From Erythrobacter sp. (GTDB lineage: Bacteria; Pseudomonadota; Alphaproteobacteria; Sphingomonadales; Sphingomonadaceae): DNA of 64,000 nt. Each line of letters begins with the position of its first letter. Position 1 is the stretch's first letter. The stretch covers positions 2,016 to 66,015 of the forward strand of contig JBMSNZ010000001.1 in assembly GCA_049421965.1 (NCBI GenBank), in the 5' to 3' direction. The position numbers were made by a program, and so were the translations under genes. The notes below the pieces were generated by a model. It saw nothing but the letters and a program-made list of their open reading frames with translations. It had not been told where the DNA came from and did not search any database. Below are positions 52,458-61,762 of this stretch, piece by piece.

Positions 52458-52889
52458 ATGCAGATGAAGTTGATTGCAGCAGCAGCAGCAGCAGCGCTTG
52501 CGATCGCTCCGCCGGCATTTGCCCAGGATGCCGCCGAATCCGCTGCGATCCTGGCCGGGACCGGCAGCGCGCAGGCCAAGGCGCAGCGTTCGCTTGGCGG
52601 CGCCATACGCGGCAGCATCAATGGCGCTGCTGCCACAGTGCGGAGCGCGGTCCGCTCCGACGGGCGGACCTCCAGCCAAGCGCGGTCGCGCAGCGGCGTG
52701 ACTGTTGCCGGCGCCGCCATCGCGGCCGACGTCGATCCGCTCGAAAAGACCGATGCGCCGGCCTATCGGCTGGGCAATGGCGCAACTATCCGGGTCAGCG
52801 GGCGGATGAACCCCTCGGCCAGCACGAGCTGCGTCAAGAATTGCAGCGCGCAGCCTGCCTCCAGCGAAGGCGACGCGCCGCAGCCTTGA
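52458..52889 (+). CDS. Secreted hypothetical protein
   Basis: GGAGG RBS; poly-Ala signal peptide (AFA-Q); C-terminal CVKNC. Confidence 0.6.
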   Translation: MQMKLIAAAAAAALAIAPPAFAQDAAESAAILAGTGSAQAKAQRSLGGAIRGSINGAAATVRSAVRSDGRTSSQARSRSGVTVAGAAIAADVDPLEKTDAPAYRLGNGATIRVSGRMNPSASTSCVKNCSAQPASSEGDAPQP

Positions 52890-52891
52890 CG

Positions 52892-54220
52892 CTAGCCCTT
52901 CTGGTCGAAGTTCGATTCGTCCAGTTCAAGACCAGCCCGGCCGCCCGCCGCAGTGTGTGCGGGGGCATGCGGGTGTTCGACAAACTCGGGCTCTTCGACT
53001 TCCAGCATGCCTTCCCACTTGGTGATCACGCTCGTCGCCACGGCATTGCCCACCACATTGGTGGCGGTCCGGCCCATGTCGAGGAACTGGTCGATCGCCA
53101 GAATGATGGCCACGCCTTCGACCGGCAGGCCGAACATGGCCAGCGTGCCGGTGATTACCACCAGGCTGGCGCGCGGCACGGCGGCAATGCCCTTCGAACT
53201 GATCATCAGTGTCAGCAGGATCATCACTTGGGTGCCGATGCTGAGATCGATGCCATAGGCCTGCGCGATGAAGATCGTCGCAAAGCTCATATACATCATC
53301 GAACCGTCGAGGTTGAACGAATAGCCCAGCGGCAGCATGAAGCCCGAGATCCGGCGCGGCACGCCAAACCGGTCAAGCTGCTCGAACATCTTGGGCAGCG
53401 CGGCCTCGCTGCTGGCGGTCGAGAATGCAATCATGAGCGGCTGGCGGATATAGCGGATCAGGGTCCAGATCCGCTGCCGAAGGAAAACCGCGCCAACTGA
53501 CAGCAGAATGACCCACAACAGGACCAGCGAGAGATAGAACTCCACCAGCAGCTCAAGATAGGTCTTGAGGATTTCAAGGCCGCTCGCCGCCACCACATTG
53601 GCAATCGCCCCGAACACCGCAACGGGCGCATAGCGCATAACATAGCCGGTGATCTGCAGCATCATTTCCGCCAGCGCGTCCGAACCTCGCACCAGCGCCG
53701 CGCCCTTCTCGCCGATGGCGGACAGTGCCACACCGGCGAAGATCGAGAACACCAGGATCTGCAGGATATTGTTGGTCGCCATCGCTTCGATGGCATTCTT
53801 CGGGAAGATCGAGAGGATGAACTCGGTCGCCTTCAAATCCTTCACTTCACCCACCGCGGCAGCGGCAGCGGCAGAATCGGGGATCGGTGCGCCCACACCA
53901 GGCTGGAACAGATTGACCATCACGAGGCCAAGCCCGATCGATATCAGGCTGGCGGTGATGAACCAGGCCAGCGCGCGAAATCCAATCCGGCCAAGCGCGG
54001 TGCTGTCGCCCATATGCGCAATGCCCACAACGATGGTCGAGAGCACCAGCGGCGCCACCAGCAGCTTGATCAGGTTCAGGAAGATATCGGAAAGCAGCTT
54101 GAGCCAGGGTGCGATCTGCTCTTTCACCAGAACCGGGTCGAGCGCGACATGCATGATCTGCCCGACCACGACCCCCAGCACCATGCCGATCAGGATGTAG
54201 AGCGTCAGCTTGCGATCCAT
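52892..54220 (-). CDS. Dicarboxylate/amino acid:cation symporter (DAACS)
   Basis: FSTASSEA, LPLGYSFNLDG, SKGIAAVP, DMGRTATNV. Confidence 0.93.
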   Translation of the reverse strand: MDRKLTLYILIGMVLGVVVGQIMHVALDPVLVKEQIAPWLKLLSDIFLNLIKLLVAPLVLSTIVVGIAHMGDSTALGRIGFRALAWFITASLISIGLGLVMVNLFQPGVGAPIPDSAAAAAAVGEVKDLKATEFILSIFPKNAIEAMATNNILQILVFSIFAGVALSAIGEKGAALVRGSDALAEMMLQITGYVMRYAPVAVFGAIANVVAASGLEILKTYLELLVEFYLSLVLLWVILLSVGAVFLRQRIWTLIRYIRQPLMIAFSTASSEAALPKMFEQLDRFGVPRRISGFMLPLGYSFNLDGSMMYMSFATIFIAQAYGIDLSIGTQVMILLTLMISSKGIAAVPRASLVVITGTLAMFGLPVEGVAIILAIDQFLDMGRTATNVVGNAVATSVITKWEGMLEVEEPEFVEHPHAPAHTAAGGRAGLELDESNFDQKG

Positions 54221-54282
54221 CAGGATCCCCTCTCAATCATTACTTTAGGCCTTGGCCTATCAGCCAGAAGTGCCAAGGGCAA

Positions 54283-55422
54283 TCAGCCACACCTGAGCGC
54301 GGCAAGGGCCACCCGCACATAGATCCGGCTGAGTGTCTCGAGGTCGGCCAGCGCGACTGCCTCGTCGCGCTTGTGCATCGTCGCATTGCACAGGCCGAAC
54401 TCGATCACCGGGCAGACACTGCGCAGGAAGCGCGCATCGGATGTGCCGCCCGTGGTCGAAGCCTCGGGCACGAGCCCGGTTTCCGCTTCGACTGCCTCGG
54501 CGATGATGCGCGAGAATTCGCCCGGCGGAGTCAGGAAGGGTTCGCCCGAGATCACAGGGCGGGCCTTGCCACCATGTCGTTCGGCGATCTCCACGACCTG
54601 ACGCGCCAGCGAAGCGCCGCTGTGCAGATCGTTGAAGCGGATCGAGATGCGCGCCTTGGCCCGGGCGGGAATGACATTGGTGGCAGGATTGCCAACCTCG
54701 ATATCGGTGATCTCGAGATTGCTCGGCTGGAACCATTCGGTCCCGTCATCGAGATGCAGCGCATTCAGCTCGGCCAGCATCGCCACCATCCGCGGCAACG
54801 GATTATCGGCATTATGCGGGTAGGCGACATGGCCCTGGGCGCCTTCGACCTCGAGCCAGACGTTGAGCGAGCCGCGCCGGCCGATCTTCATCATGTCGCC
54901 CAGCCGGTGCACGCTGGTCGGCTCGCCCACCAGGCACAGATCGGGCTGGAAGCCATGTTCGCGCATGAAATCGATCAGCGCGCGGGTGCCGTGCAGCGCA
55001 GGCCCCTCCTCATCGCCGGTGATGATGAGGCTTACAGTGCCAGCTGCGGACGGGATTTCCGCGACGGCCGCTACCATTGCGGCGATCGCGCCCTTCATGT
55101 CGACCGCGCCCCGCCCGTGCAGCAAGTCGCCGCGCACTTCGGGCACGAACGGCGCGCTGGTCCAGCCCTCGCCGGGAGGCACCACATCGAGGTGGCCGGC
55201 AAAGGCGAAGTGCCGCGATCCTTCTGGCCCGCGCCGGATCGCAAACAGGTTCTCGACCGGTGCTTCTTCGGTGCCTGGCGCACCGTCGCCGCGAAAGAAA
55301 CGGTGGACCTCGAAGCCCAGCGGGGAAAGCATCGCTTCGAGTTCGTCGAACACCGGCCCGCTTGCCGGGGTCACGCTGGGCGCGGCGATCAGGCGGTTGG
55401 CGAGCTGCGCGGTATCGTTCAT
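54283..55422 (-). CDS. dapE: Succinyl-diaminopimelate desuccinylase
   Basis: AGHLDVVP, GRGAVDMKG, TGDEEG, GRRGS, GHVAYP, GGTSDARF, MHKRDE. Confidence 0.95.
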   Translation of the reverse strand: MNDTAQLANRLIAAPSVTPASGPVFDELEAMLSPLGFEVHRFFRGDGAPGTEEAPVENLFAIRRGPEGSRHFAFAGHLDVVPPGEGWTSAPFVPEVRGDLLHGRGAVDMKGAIAAMVAAVAEIPSAAGTVSLIITGDEEGPALHGTRALIDFMREHGFQPDLCLVGEPTSVHRLGDMMKIGRRGSLNVWLEVEGAQGHVAYPHNADNPLPRMVAMLAELNALHLDDGTEWFQPSNLEITDIEVGNPATNVIPARAKARISIRFNDLHSGASLARQVVEIAERHGGKARPVISGEPFLTPPGEFSRIIAEAVEAETGLVPEASTTGGTSDARFLRSVCPVIEFGLCNATMHKRDEAVALADLETLSRIYVRVALAALRCG

Positions 55423-55451
55423 GATCGACCGGTTAGCAGGAGTGCGCGCCA

Positions 55452-55919
55452 ATGCCCAAGCTCGATCTCGCAGCCATCCCCCAAACCAATGCGACCGGAT
55501 ATCCCGCTCCGTTCGACCAAGCAGTCGAAGGGCGCTGGTACCGACGGCTGGCGCCACCTGCGGGCCTGACGCTGATGGGCGCGAGCCATGTGGTGTTGAA
55601 GCCCGGGGCATGGTCGAGCCAGCGGCACTGGCACGCGGGGCAGGACGAGCTTTTGGTGATGATTGCCGGCGAAGCCGTGCTGGTCGAGGATAGCGGCGAA
55701 ACGCTTGTGCGCGCGGGTGATGTGCTGGCTTGGCCGGCAGGGGTGCGCAACGGGCATCATTTGCAGAATCGCTCCGCCAGCGACTGCGTGTTCGTGGCGA
55801 TCAGTGCGGGCGCGCGCGAGGGCGACAGCGGCGAATATTCCGATATCGACATGGTGTTCGATCCCGAAGGCTACGCACGCAAGGACGGCACCAGATACGA
55901 GACCAGCCGCGTGCCCTAG
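55452..55919 (+). CDS. Cupin domain protein
   Basis: SQRHWH..QDE and NGHH cupin metal motifs. Confidence 0.85.
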   Translation: MPKLDLAAIPQTNATGYPAPFDQAVEGRWYRRLAPPAGLTLMGASHVVLKPGAWSSQRHWHAGQDELLVMIAGEAVLVEDSGETLVRAGDVLAWPAGVRNGHHLQNRSASDCVFVAISAGAREGDSGEYSDIDMVFDPEGYARKDGTRYETSRVP

Positions 55920-55927
55920 CGCGGAGC

Positions 55928-56812
55928 CTACCGCGGTGCCCGTTCCGGCAGCGGCAGCGGCCCCGGGGCAAAGGCGCTTTCGAGCAGTTCGGCGATGCGG
56001 ATGCCCGATTGGCGTACGCGCTGGCGCACGACAGGCAGCGCCTCGACAATATCGTCCTGCGTCAAAGCGGTCTCGCTGGGCAGCTGCGCCGGGCAGGCGG
56101 CCTGGTCGAATGCGTTCGGATAGACGAAATCGCGCGCGATCTGCCAGCTTTCGCGGCCCCAATCGGCGGGCGTGCCTCCGCCCAGCGTGGCGCGCTCCTC
56201 GGCCGAATAGCGCCGCACCAGCGGATCCTCGCTGCTGCTGATCGCGCGCTCGGCCAGCGGCCCGTCCCAGATCCAGTGCAGGTTGAGCCCGGGGGCGATG
56301 CCGTAAGCAGCTTCGCGGTCGTTGCCGCCGCGGTCGTCCTTGTCGCCCGAATGGAGCGGCATATGCAGATCGCCCGCGAAATGGACCAGGAAGGCCAGCG
56401 CCTCGAGCCGGACATGCGCAGGCAGGCGTTCGTCGGCGAGCACGCGATGGCTGCGTTCGATCTGCGCGGTCACGCAATTGCCGCCCGAACAGTTGGCGCG
56501 TGGATTGTATTCCTCGCAGATCGGCGTCTTGCGGTAATGCCACGCGAAGGTATAGCCCCAGCGCCAGCCATCGCGCCGGATGCAGTCTGGCCAGACCGAG
56601 GCCTCGGCCAGAGTGCGCACGCGGCAATCGGGCGTGCCCAGCAGCGCCTCTGAACCCAGCAGCCGCGCAATCTCGCGCCTGGCCTGTGGGCTGATGTTCG
56701 CTTCGGCGATCTCGGCGGTCACGCCATGCGCGTAGAAGCCCCAGGCGCGCGCTGGCCCCGGTTGCAGGGCGACGGCTGCCAGCAGCAGCGCCAGCGCAAG
56801 AAAACGCCCCAT
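55928..56812 (-). CDS. S1/P1 nuclease (secreted)
   Basis: Signal peptide then WGFYAH; WPD, WHY, HFAGDLHMPLH, NLHWIWD Zn ligands. Confidence 0.9.
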   Translation of the reverse strand: MGRFLALALLLAAVALQPGPARAWGFYAHGVTAEIAEANISPQARREIARLLGSEALLGTPDCRVRTLAEASVWPDCIRRDGWRWGYTFAWHYRKTPICEEYNPRANCSGGNCVTAQIERSHRVLADERLPAHVRLEALAFLVHFAGDLHMPLHSGDKDDRGGNDREAAYGIAPGLNLHWIWDGPLAERAISSSEDPLVRRYSAEERATLGGGTPADWGRESWQIARDFVYPNAFDQAACPAQLPSETALTQDDIVEALPVVRQRVRQSGIRIAELLESAFAPGPLPLPERAPR

Positions 56813-56826
56813 GCCGGCGAGCCCGC

Positions 56827-57492
56827 TCAGCTTGCCGGAAGTTCGTATTGCTCGATCACCCACTCTTCGTTCTCCGCCGCAGCGATCCATTCGCGCATCC
56901 AGTCATGCTCCCAGATCGCCTGCATATAGGCCTGGGCAAAGCCGGGCACGCCGACGCCATAGGTCACGAAGCGGCTAACGACCGGAGCGAAGAAAATATC
57001 CGCCGCGCCGAACGTGCCGAACAGGAACGGGCCGCTGCCGCCGAAACGCGCGCGCGCCTCCGCCCACAATGTCAGGATACGCATCACATCGGCCCGCGCC
57101 GCCTCGGTGAGGCCTTCGATCTCGAACCGGCGGCGCACATTCATCGGCAGCTCGCGCCGCAGCGGCAGGAAGCCGCTGTGCATTTCCGCCACCATCGCCC
57201 GCGCCATGCCGCGCGCGTCGTCTTCCTTCGGCCAGTAACGCTCGCGCCCGACCTTGTCGGCCAGGTACTCGAGGATCGCCAGGCTGTCCCACACCACGAT
57301 GTCGCCGTCCCACAGGATCGGCACCTTGCCGTGGCTGGGCTGGACTTCGCCCATCGCCTGCTTGCGCGCGCCCCATTCGTCTCCGTCGATATTGACGGTC
57401 AATTCCTCGAAGTGGAGGCCGGATTGCCTGGCGGCCAGCCAGCCGCGCATTGACCAGCTCGAATAGTTCTTGTTGCCGATGATCAGCTTCAT
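56827..57492 (-). CDS. Glutathione S-transferase family protein
   Basis: NKNYSSWSMRGW, GKVPIL, DSLAILEY, AEMHSGF. Confidence 0.9.
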   Translation of the reverse strand: MKLIIGNKNYSSWSMRGWLAARQSGLHFEELTVNIDGDEWGARKQAMGEVQPSHGKVPILWDGDIVVWDSLAILEYLADKVGRERYWPKEDDARGMARAMVAEMHSGFLPLRRELPMNVRRRFEIEGLTEAARADVMRILTLWAEARARFGGSGPFLFGTFGAADIFFAPVVSRFVTYGVGVPGFAQAYMQAIWEHDWMREWIAAAENEEWVIEQYELPAS

Positions 57493-57607
57493 GCCGCGTG
57501 CTCCACCGTGGTTGCGCGCCCGCCCTAGGCGTTCATCAATGTGCTGTCGAGACTGAACGGGGTGGAAGCCGATTGCACGCGGGAAAATGCACGATAGATA
57601 GCTTTGC

Positions 57608-58027
57608 ATGAGCCTGCGCCCGTTCCACCTTGCCTTCCCGGTCGATGATCTCGACGCTGCCCGCGCCTTCTACCGCGGCGTGATGGGCTGCGGTGAAGGG
57701 CGATCCTCCGATGAATGGATCGACTTCGATTTCTTCGGTCACCAGATCGTGGCCCATCTCGCCCCCGACAATGCCGGCGATCGCGCCAGCAACCATGTCG
57801 ACGGGCACGGTGTGCCGGTGCCACATTTCGGGATCGTGCTGGCGATGCAGGACTGGCAGAACCTGGCCGATCGGCTGCGCGCAGCGGGGACGGAGTTCGT
57901 GATCGAGCCGACCATCCGTTTCAAGGGGCAGCCGGGCGAACAGGCGACGATGTTCTTCCGCGATCCCGCCGGCAATGCGATCGAGATGAAAGCCTTCGAG
58001 AACCTCGACAGCCTGTTTGCGACCTGA
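57608..58027 (+). CDS. VOC/glyoxalase-family protein
   Basis: [29 protein letters not shown]. Confidence 0.85.
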   Translation: MSLRPFHLAFPVDDLDAARAFYRGVMGCGEGRSSDEWIDFDFFGHQIVAHLAPDNAGDRASNHVDGHGVPVPHFGIVLAMQDWQNLADRLRAAGTEFVIEPTIRFKGQPGEQATMFFRDPAGNAIEMKAFENLDSLFAT

Positions 58028-58082
58028 TGGCCTGCCCGGCGCGAAGGCCGGGTTCAGGCTGCAGGTCACGCAATGCCGGGCT

Positions 58083-59621
58083 TCACCTTGAGAGATGCTC
58101 GTTGAGCAGCTGGTGGAAATGGCGGATCTTGGTTTCGCCGTAATTGGCGAAAACGATCTCCTTTGATTTAATCGACTTCATGCCTTTCTGGACATGCGGA
58201 AGGTTCACAACATCCTGGTTGAACACCTTGGCCAGCATGCCAAGCTCAGGCGCGTCGCAATAGTCATCGTCGAAATCGAGCCAGTGGACCTTGGCCGGTG
58301 CAGGACGCATCTCGCCCTTGGCCACCGGCAGCATGAACATGATCTCGTGGATGCATTCCTCCGGATTGTCGCCATATGGCCGGAACCGGTAGAAGATCGG
58401 ATCGAAGCAGCCCCACGGGCTGATGTTCGGGAAAAGGTTGTAATAGATCGTGTCGACCAATTCGGCATCGCTGATCTCGTCAACCTCATCACCCAGCGTC
58501 TCGCGCCATTTCTCGCGCATCTGGTGCGCCATTGCCTTGCGCCGCTCGGGTACCGGGCCGGTCGTCGTGGGATCCGGCTCGTCTTCCCAGCCAGCGGGAA
58601 GCTTGCCGCCGACCCAGTCGCACAACTGGATATCGGCATGGTCGAGTTCGCCCTCCAGGTGATGGGCCTGGTGGTCGAAGATGCCGGTCCGGCCATCGCG
58701 CGCCGTCACTTTCACCCGGTCTTCGCCCAGCCGTTCGTAGACATTGCCTGACAGCGCATGGCGCACCTTGCCATATGTCCTGGCGCCTTCGAGCGGCTCT
58801 GCGACCAGCGCCGGATTGACATGCGGGCTAAGCAGGCCGTTGGGCGAAATCGCCCGCGACAGGTTGCCGAACACATCGTACTTCGAATTCGCATCGCCCA
58901 TCACGTCGAGCAGTGTCGGGTGCGTGGCCACAACGTGATAGGCCTCCATGAAGGCTTCCTGCGCCACCTTCCAGTTGCACCGCAGCTTCTTCGCCACATG
59001 GACCGCCTTGTAGCGGCGTTCGAACGGGATCGGCTGGAAATGCCGGTCGATATCGCCGAGGAAATCCTTGAACGGTTCGGCCTTGTCATCGGGGTTGATG
59101 AAGACCCAGCCGCCCCATCGCCCGACGTTGACCGGCGGAAGGCTGTGGGTTTTGGCGCTGACGCTGGGGAAGTCCCACTGGCAAGGCACTTCCTTCAGCG
59201 TACCGTCGATCTTCCAGCCCCAGCCATGGAACGGGCAGCGGAACTCGTGTAGCGCCTTGGCATCTTCGGTCAGCAGCGCGCGGCCACGGTGGAGGCAGGC
59301 ATTGGGGAACGCCTTGATCTCGTCCGGGCCGGTGCGCACCACGATGTAGGACAGATGGGCAATGTCATAGACATGGCTATCGCCGACATTGGGGATGTCA
59401 TCCTCGTGGCAGGCCATCTGCCACACGCGCTTCCACAGCCGTTCGACCTCGAGATCGAAGAAGTCTCGCGAGTAATAGATGCTCGGATCGACTATGGTTG
59501 GCCCCGGCTCGATCGGACTGTCTTCACGGAACCTCGGCGGCACGCGATGCGTGTCCATGTCCAGCAGTTCGTTATAGCTGATCCCCTTCGAACGGTTGGT
59601 GCCTGTGAGTGTCTCGACCAT
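58083..59621 (-). CDS. Rieske non-heme iron oxygenase, alpha subunit
   Basis: CLHRG..CPFHGW Rieske site; EAYHVVATH and NQD mononuclear Fe ligands; GGGAAG RBS. Confidence 0.92.
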   Translation of the reverse strand: MVETLTGTNRSKGISYNELLDMDTHRVPPRFREDSPIEPGPTIVDPSIYYSRDFFDLEVERLWKRVWQMACHEDDIPNVGDSHVYDIAHLSYIVVRTGPDEIKAFPNACLHRGRALLTEDAKALHEFRCPFHGWGWKIDGTLKEVPCQWDFPSVSAKTHSLPPVNVGRWGGWVFINPDDKAEPFKDFLGDIDRHFQPIPFERRYKAVHVAKKLRCNWKVAQEAFMEAYHVVATHPTLLDVMGDANSKYDVFGNLSRAISPNGLLSPHVNPALVAEPLEGARTYGKVRHALSGNVYERLGEDRVKVTARDGRTGIFDHQAHHLEGELDHADIQLCDWVGGKLPAGWEDEPDPTTTGPVPERRKAMAHQMREKWRETLGDEVDEISDAELVDTIYYNLFPNISPWGCFDPIFYRFRPYGDNPEECIHEIMFMLPVAKGEMRPAPAKVHWLDFDDDYCDAPELGMLAKVFNQDVVNLPHVQKGMKSIKSKEIVFANYGETKIRHFHQLLNEHLSR

Positions 59622-59668
59622 CTTCCCTCTCCCCTTCGGATTGATCCGGATCGGCCCGCCGGGCCGTC

Positions 59669-60919
59669 TCAGGCCGGATCGAACTTGAGCCGCAGTGACT
59701 GCATCCCACGCAGGATGTGGCTTGCGGCGAACTGGAACGGATTGTCCGGATCGGCGAACCGCAGGTTGGGCAGGCGCTGCAGCACGATCGGCAGTGCGGT
59801 CGCCATTTCCAGCCTGGCGAGATGCATGCCCAGGCAGGTGTGCACGCCCGCACCGAAAGCAATGTGCTCTCGCGCGTTTTCGCGCTTCACGTCGAACCGG
59901 TCGGCCTCGGCGAACTTCGTGCCATCGCGATTGGCCGAACCATAGCGCAGCAGCATCGGCTCGCCGGCCTTGAGCTCCACGCCGCCCAGCACGGTGTCTT
60001 CTTTCACGATGCGCCACATGTTGTGCGAAGGCGAAAGGTGCCGCGCGGTCTCCTCGACCCAGTTCGGTACCAGACTCGGGTCCGCCAGGATGGCCTGCAG
60101 TTGCCTGGGATTGGCGAGCAGCTGGGCAATGGCATAGGCAAGCGCATGAGCGGTGGCTTCCTGCCCGGCCGTGAAGATCTGCTGGACGATCGAGTAGACC
60201 TCCGCATCTTCAAGGGGGCGATCGCCTTCGTCGGTCGGAAGCCGTGCGGCGATCAGATCAGACACGACATCGTCACCCGGATTGCGCCGCCGCTCAGCCA
60301 TGATCGCGCGGAAGTACTCCTGCATTGCAATTTCGCTGCGGGCGAGATCGGTGCGCTGTTCCGGCTTCGCATTGCCATTGAGCCGCAGGATCGCGGCGCG
60401 CACCCATTCCTGGAACATCGGCAGGTCCGCGCGGGGAACGCCTAGCACGTCGGCGATCACTATTCCCGGCAGCATTTCGGCGAATTGCGACTTGAACTCG
60501 ACCTGGCCCGCCTCAGCGAAGCGGTCGATCAGCGCATGGGTCACCTCCGCGATATAGGGCGCCATGCCCATGATCCTGGTATGCGGCAGCGCGTGCATGG
60601 CGATCCGCTTGTAGCGCGTGTGCAGCGGCGGATCGGCAGTGAGCAATGTGTCGCGCCGCTCCAGCCCCTGCGCGAGGATCGCTTCTTCGGCGGGATCGAT
60701 ACTGCCCGATCCGCCAGAACTCAGCAGCGAAGAGAAATTGCTGGAGAAGATCTTGGGCTTCTTGTTGACTTCAAGCACCAGATCATAGGTCGAAACCGAG
60801 ACGATCCCTGTCTTCGGATCCCGGAATACGGGGGCCTCCTGCCGCAGGCGATCGTAATAGGGATAGGGATTCTGCAGATTCTCCGAACTGGTGGCGTCAA
60901 TCTTTTCAAGCGCTTCCAT
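59669..60919 (-). CDS. Cytochrome P450
   Basis: Heme motif AFGAGVHTCLG, K-helix EETAR, I-helix AGQEAT; GGGAGG RBS supports the 60919 start (alternative 60985). Confidence 0.95.
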   Translation of the reverse strand: MEALEKIDATSSENLQNPYPYYDRLRQEAPVFRDPKTGIVSVSTYDLVLEVNKKPKIFSSNFSSLLSSGGSGSIDPAEEAILAQGLERRDTLLTADPPLHTRYKRIAMHALPHTRIMGMAPYIAEVTHALIDRFAEAGQVEFKSQFAEMLPGIVIADVLGVPRADLPMFQEWVRAAILRLNGNAKPEQRTDLARSEIAMQEYFRAIMAERRRNPGDDVVSDLIAARLPTDEGDRPLEDAEVYSIVQQIFTAGQEATAHALAYAIAQLLANPRQLQAILADPSLVPNWVEETARHLSPSHNMWRIVKEDTVLGGVELKAGEPMLLRYGSANRDGTKFAEADRFDVKRENAREHIAFGAGVHTCLGMHLARLEMATALPIVLQRLPNLRFADPDNPFQFAASHILRGMQSLRLKFDPA

Positions 60920-61014
60920 CAGGATCCTCCCGCCAAATGTTGACACATCGGACCCGCGAACCGGCGGCGCCGCAATGTCAGCCATCTTCTGGAGGAACGG
61001 ACGGGATCCTGGCC

Positions 61015-61028
61015 TTGACCTGGATCAA
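61015..61028. promoter_or_regulatory. FNR/FixK-like box upstream of the P450
   Basis: TTGAC-CTGG-ATCAA, one mismatch to TTGAT-N4-ATCAA. Confidence 0.45.
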
Positions 61029-61092
61029 AAAGGCATCCTGTCAAAATTATGAGCTAGCGAGGGAGAGCCAGCCATCGGGGGGTACATACGGC

Positions 61093-61758
61093 CTAGAGTG
61101 CTTCGGGCCCCAGCGCATCCTCGATCACCGCCGCGCGCAGCGCCGCGATCCCCATGCCCTTCTCGCTGCTGGTGACATGCAGCACCGGAAAGGCGGCAGA
61201 GTGCTTGCGCGCTTCCTCGGCCACTCGGGCCGCAGTCGCGTCCAGTTCACTCGCCTTTACCTTGTCGGCCTTGGTGAGGACGATGCGATAGCCCACCGCA
61301 GCCTCGTCGAGCATCTTCATCATGTCGCGATCGACCTGCTTCAGCCCGTGGCGGCTGTCGACCAGCACCAGCGTGCGGGTGAGCACCTGCCGCCCGCGCA
61401 GATAATCGCGCACCAGCTTCTTCCAGTTATCGACCACCTTGAGCGGCGCCTTGGCGAAGCCATAGCCCGGCATGTCGACCAGCCGGAAAAGCGTTGGGTC
61501 GCCCACTTCGAAGAAGTTGAGCTCCTGCGTGCGGCCGGGCGTGACCGAGGCCCGCGCGATCGCCCGCCGGCCAGTGAGCGCGTTGAGCAACGAGCTCTTG
61601 CCGACATTTGATCGCCCGCAAAAGGCGATCTCCGGTACGGTCGGGTCCGGCAGGAACTTGAGCTGCGGCGCCGAGCGCAGGAACTCGACGCGGCCCGAGA
61701 ACAGCTTGGACGCTGCTTCCTCGCGCGCGGACTGCGCCAGTTCCTCCTCGGGCGTCAT
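61093..61758 (-). CDS. engB: Ribosome biogenesis GTPase YsxC/YihA
   Basis: GRSNVGKS, PGRTQ, DMPGYG, TKADK. Confidence 0.96.
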   Translation of the reverse strand: MTPEEELAQSAREEAASKLFSGRVEFLRSAPQLKFLPDPTVPEIAFCGRSNVGKSSLLNALTGRRAIARASVTPGRTQELNFFEVGDPTLFRLVDMPGYGFAKAPLKVVDNWKKLVRDYLRGRQVLTRTLVLVDSRHGLKQVDRDMMKMLDEAAVGYRIVLTKADKVKASELDATAARVAEEARKHSAAFPVLHVTSSEKGMGIAALRAAVIEDALGPEAL

Positions 61759-61762
61759 GGTG

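Noticed and set aside
52476-52497. (GCA)n trinucleotide run
   Set aside because: It is an in-frame poly-Ala in a signal peptide and would not cause phase variation.
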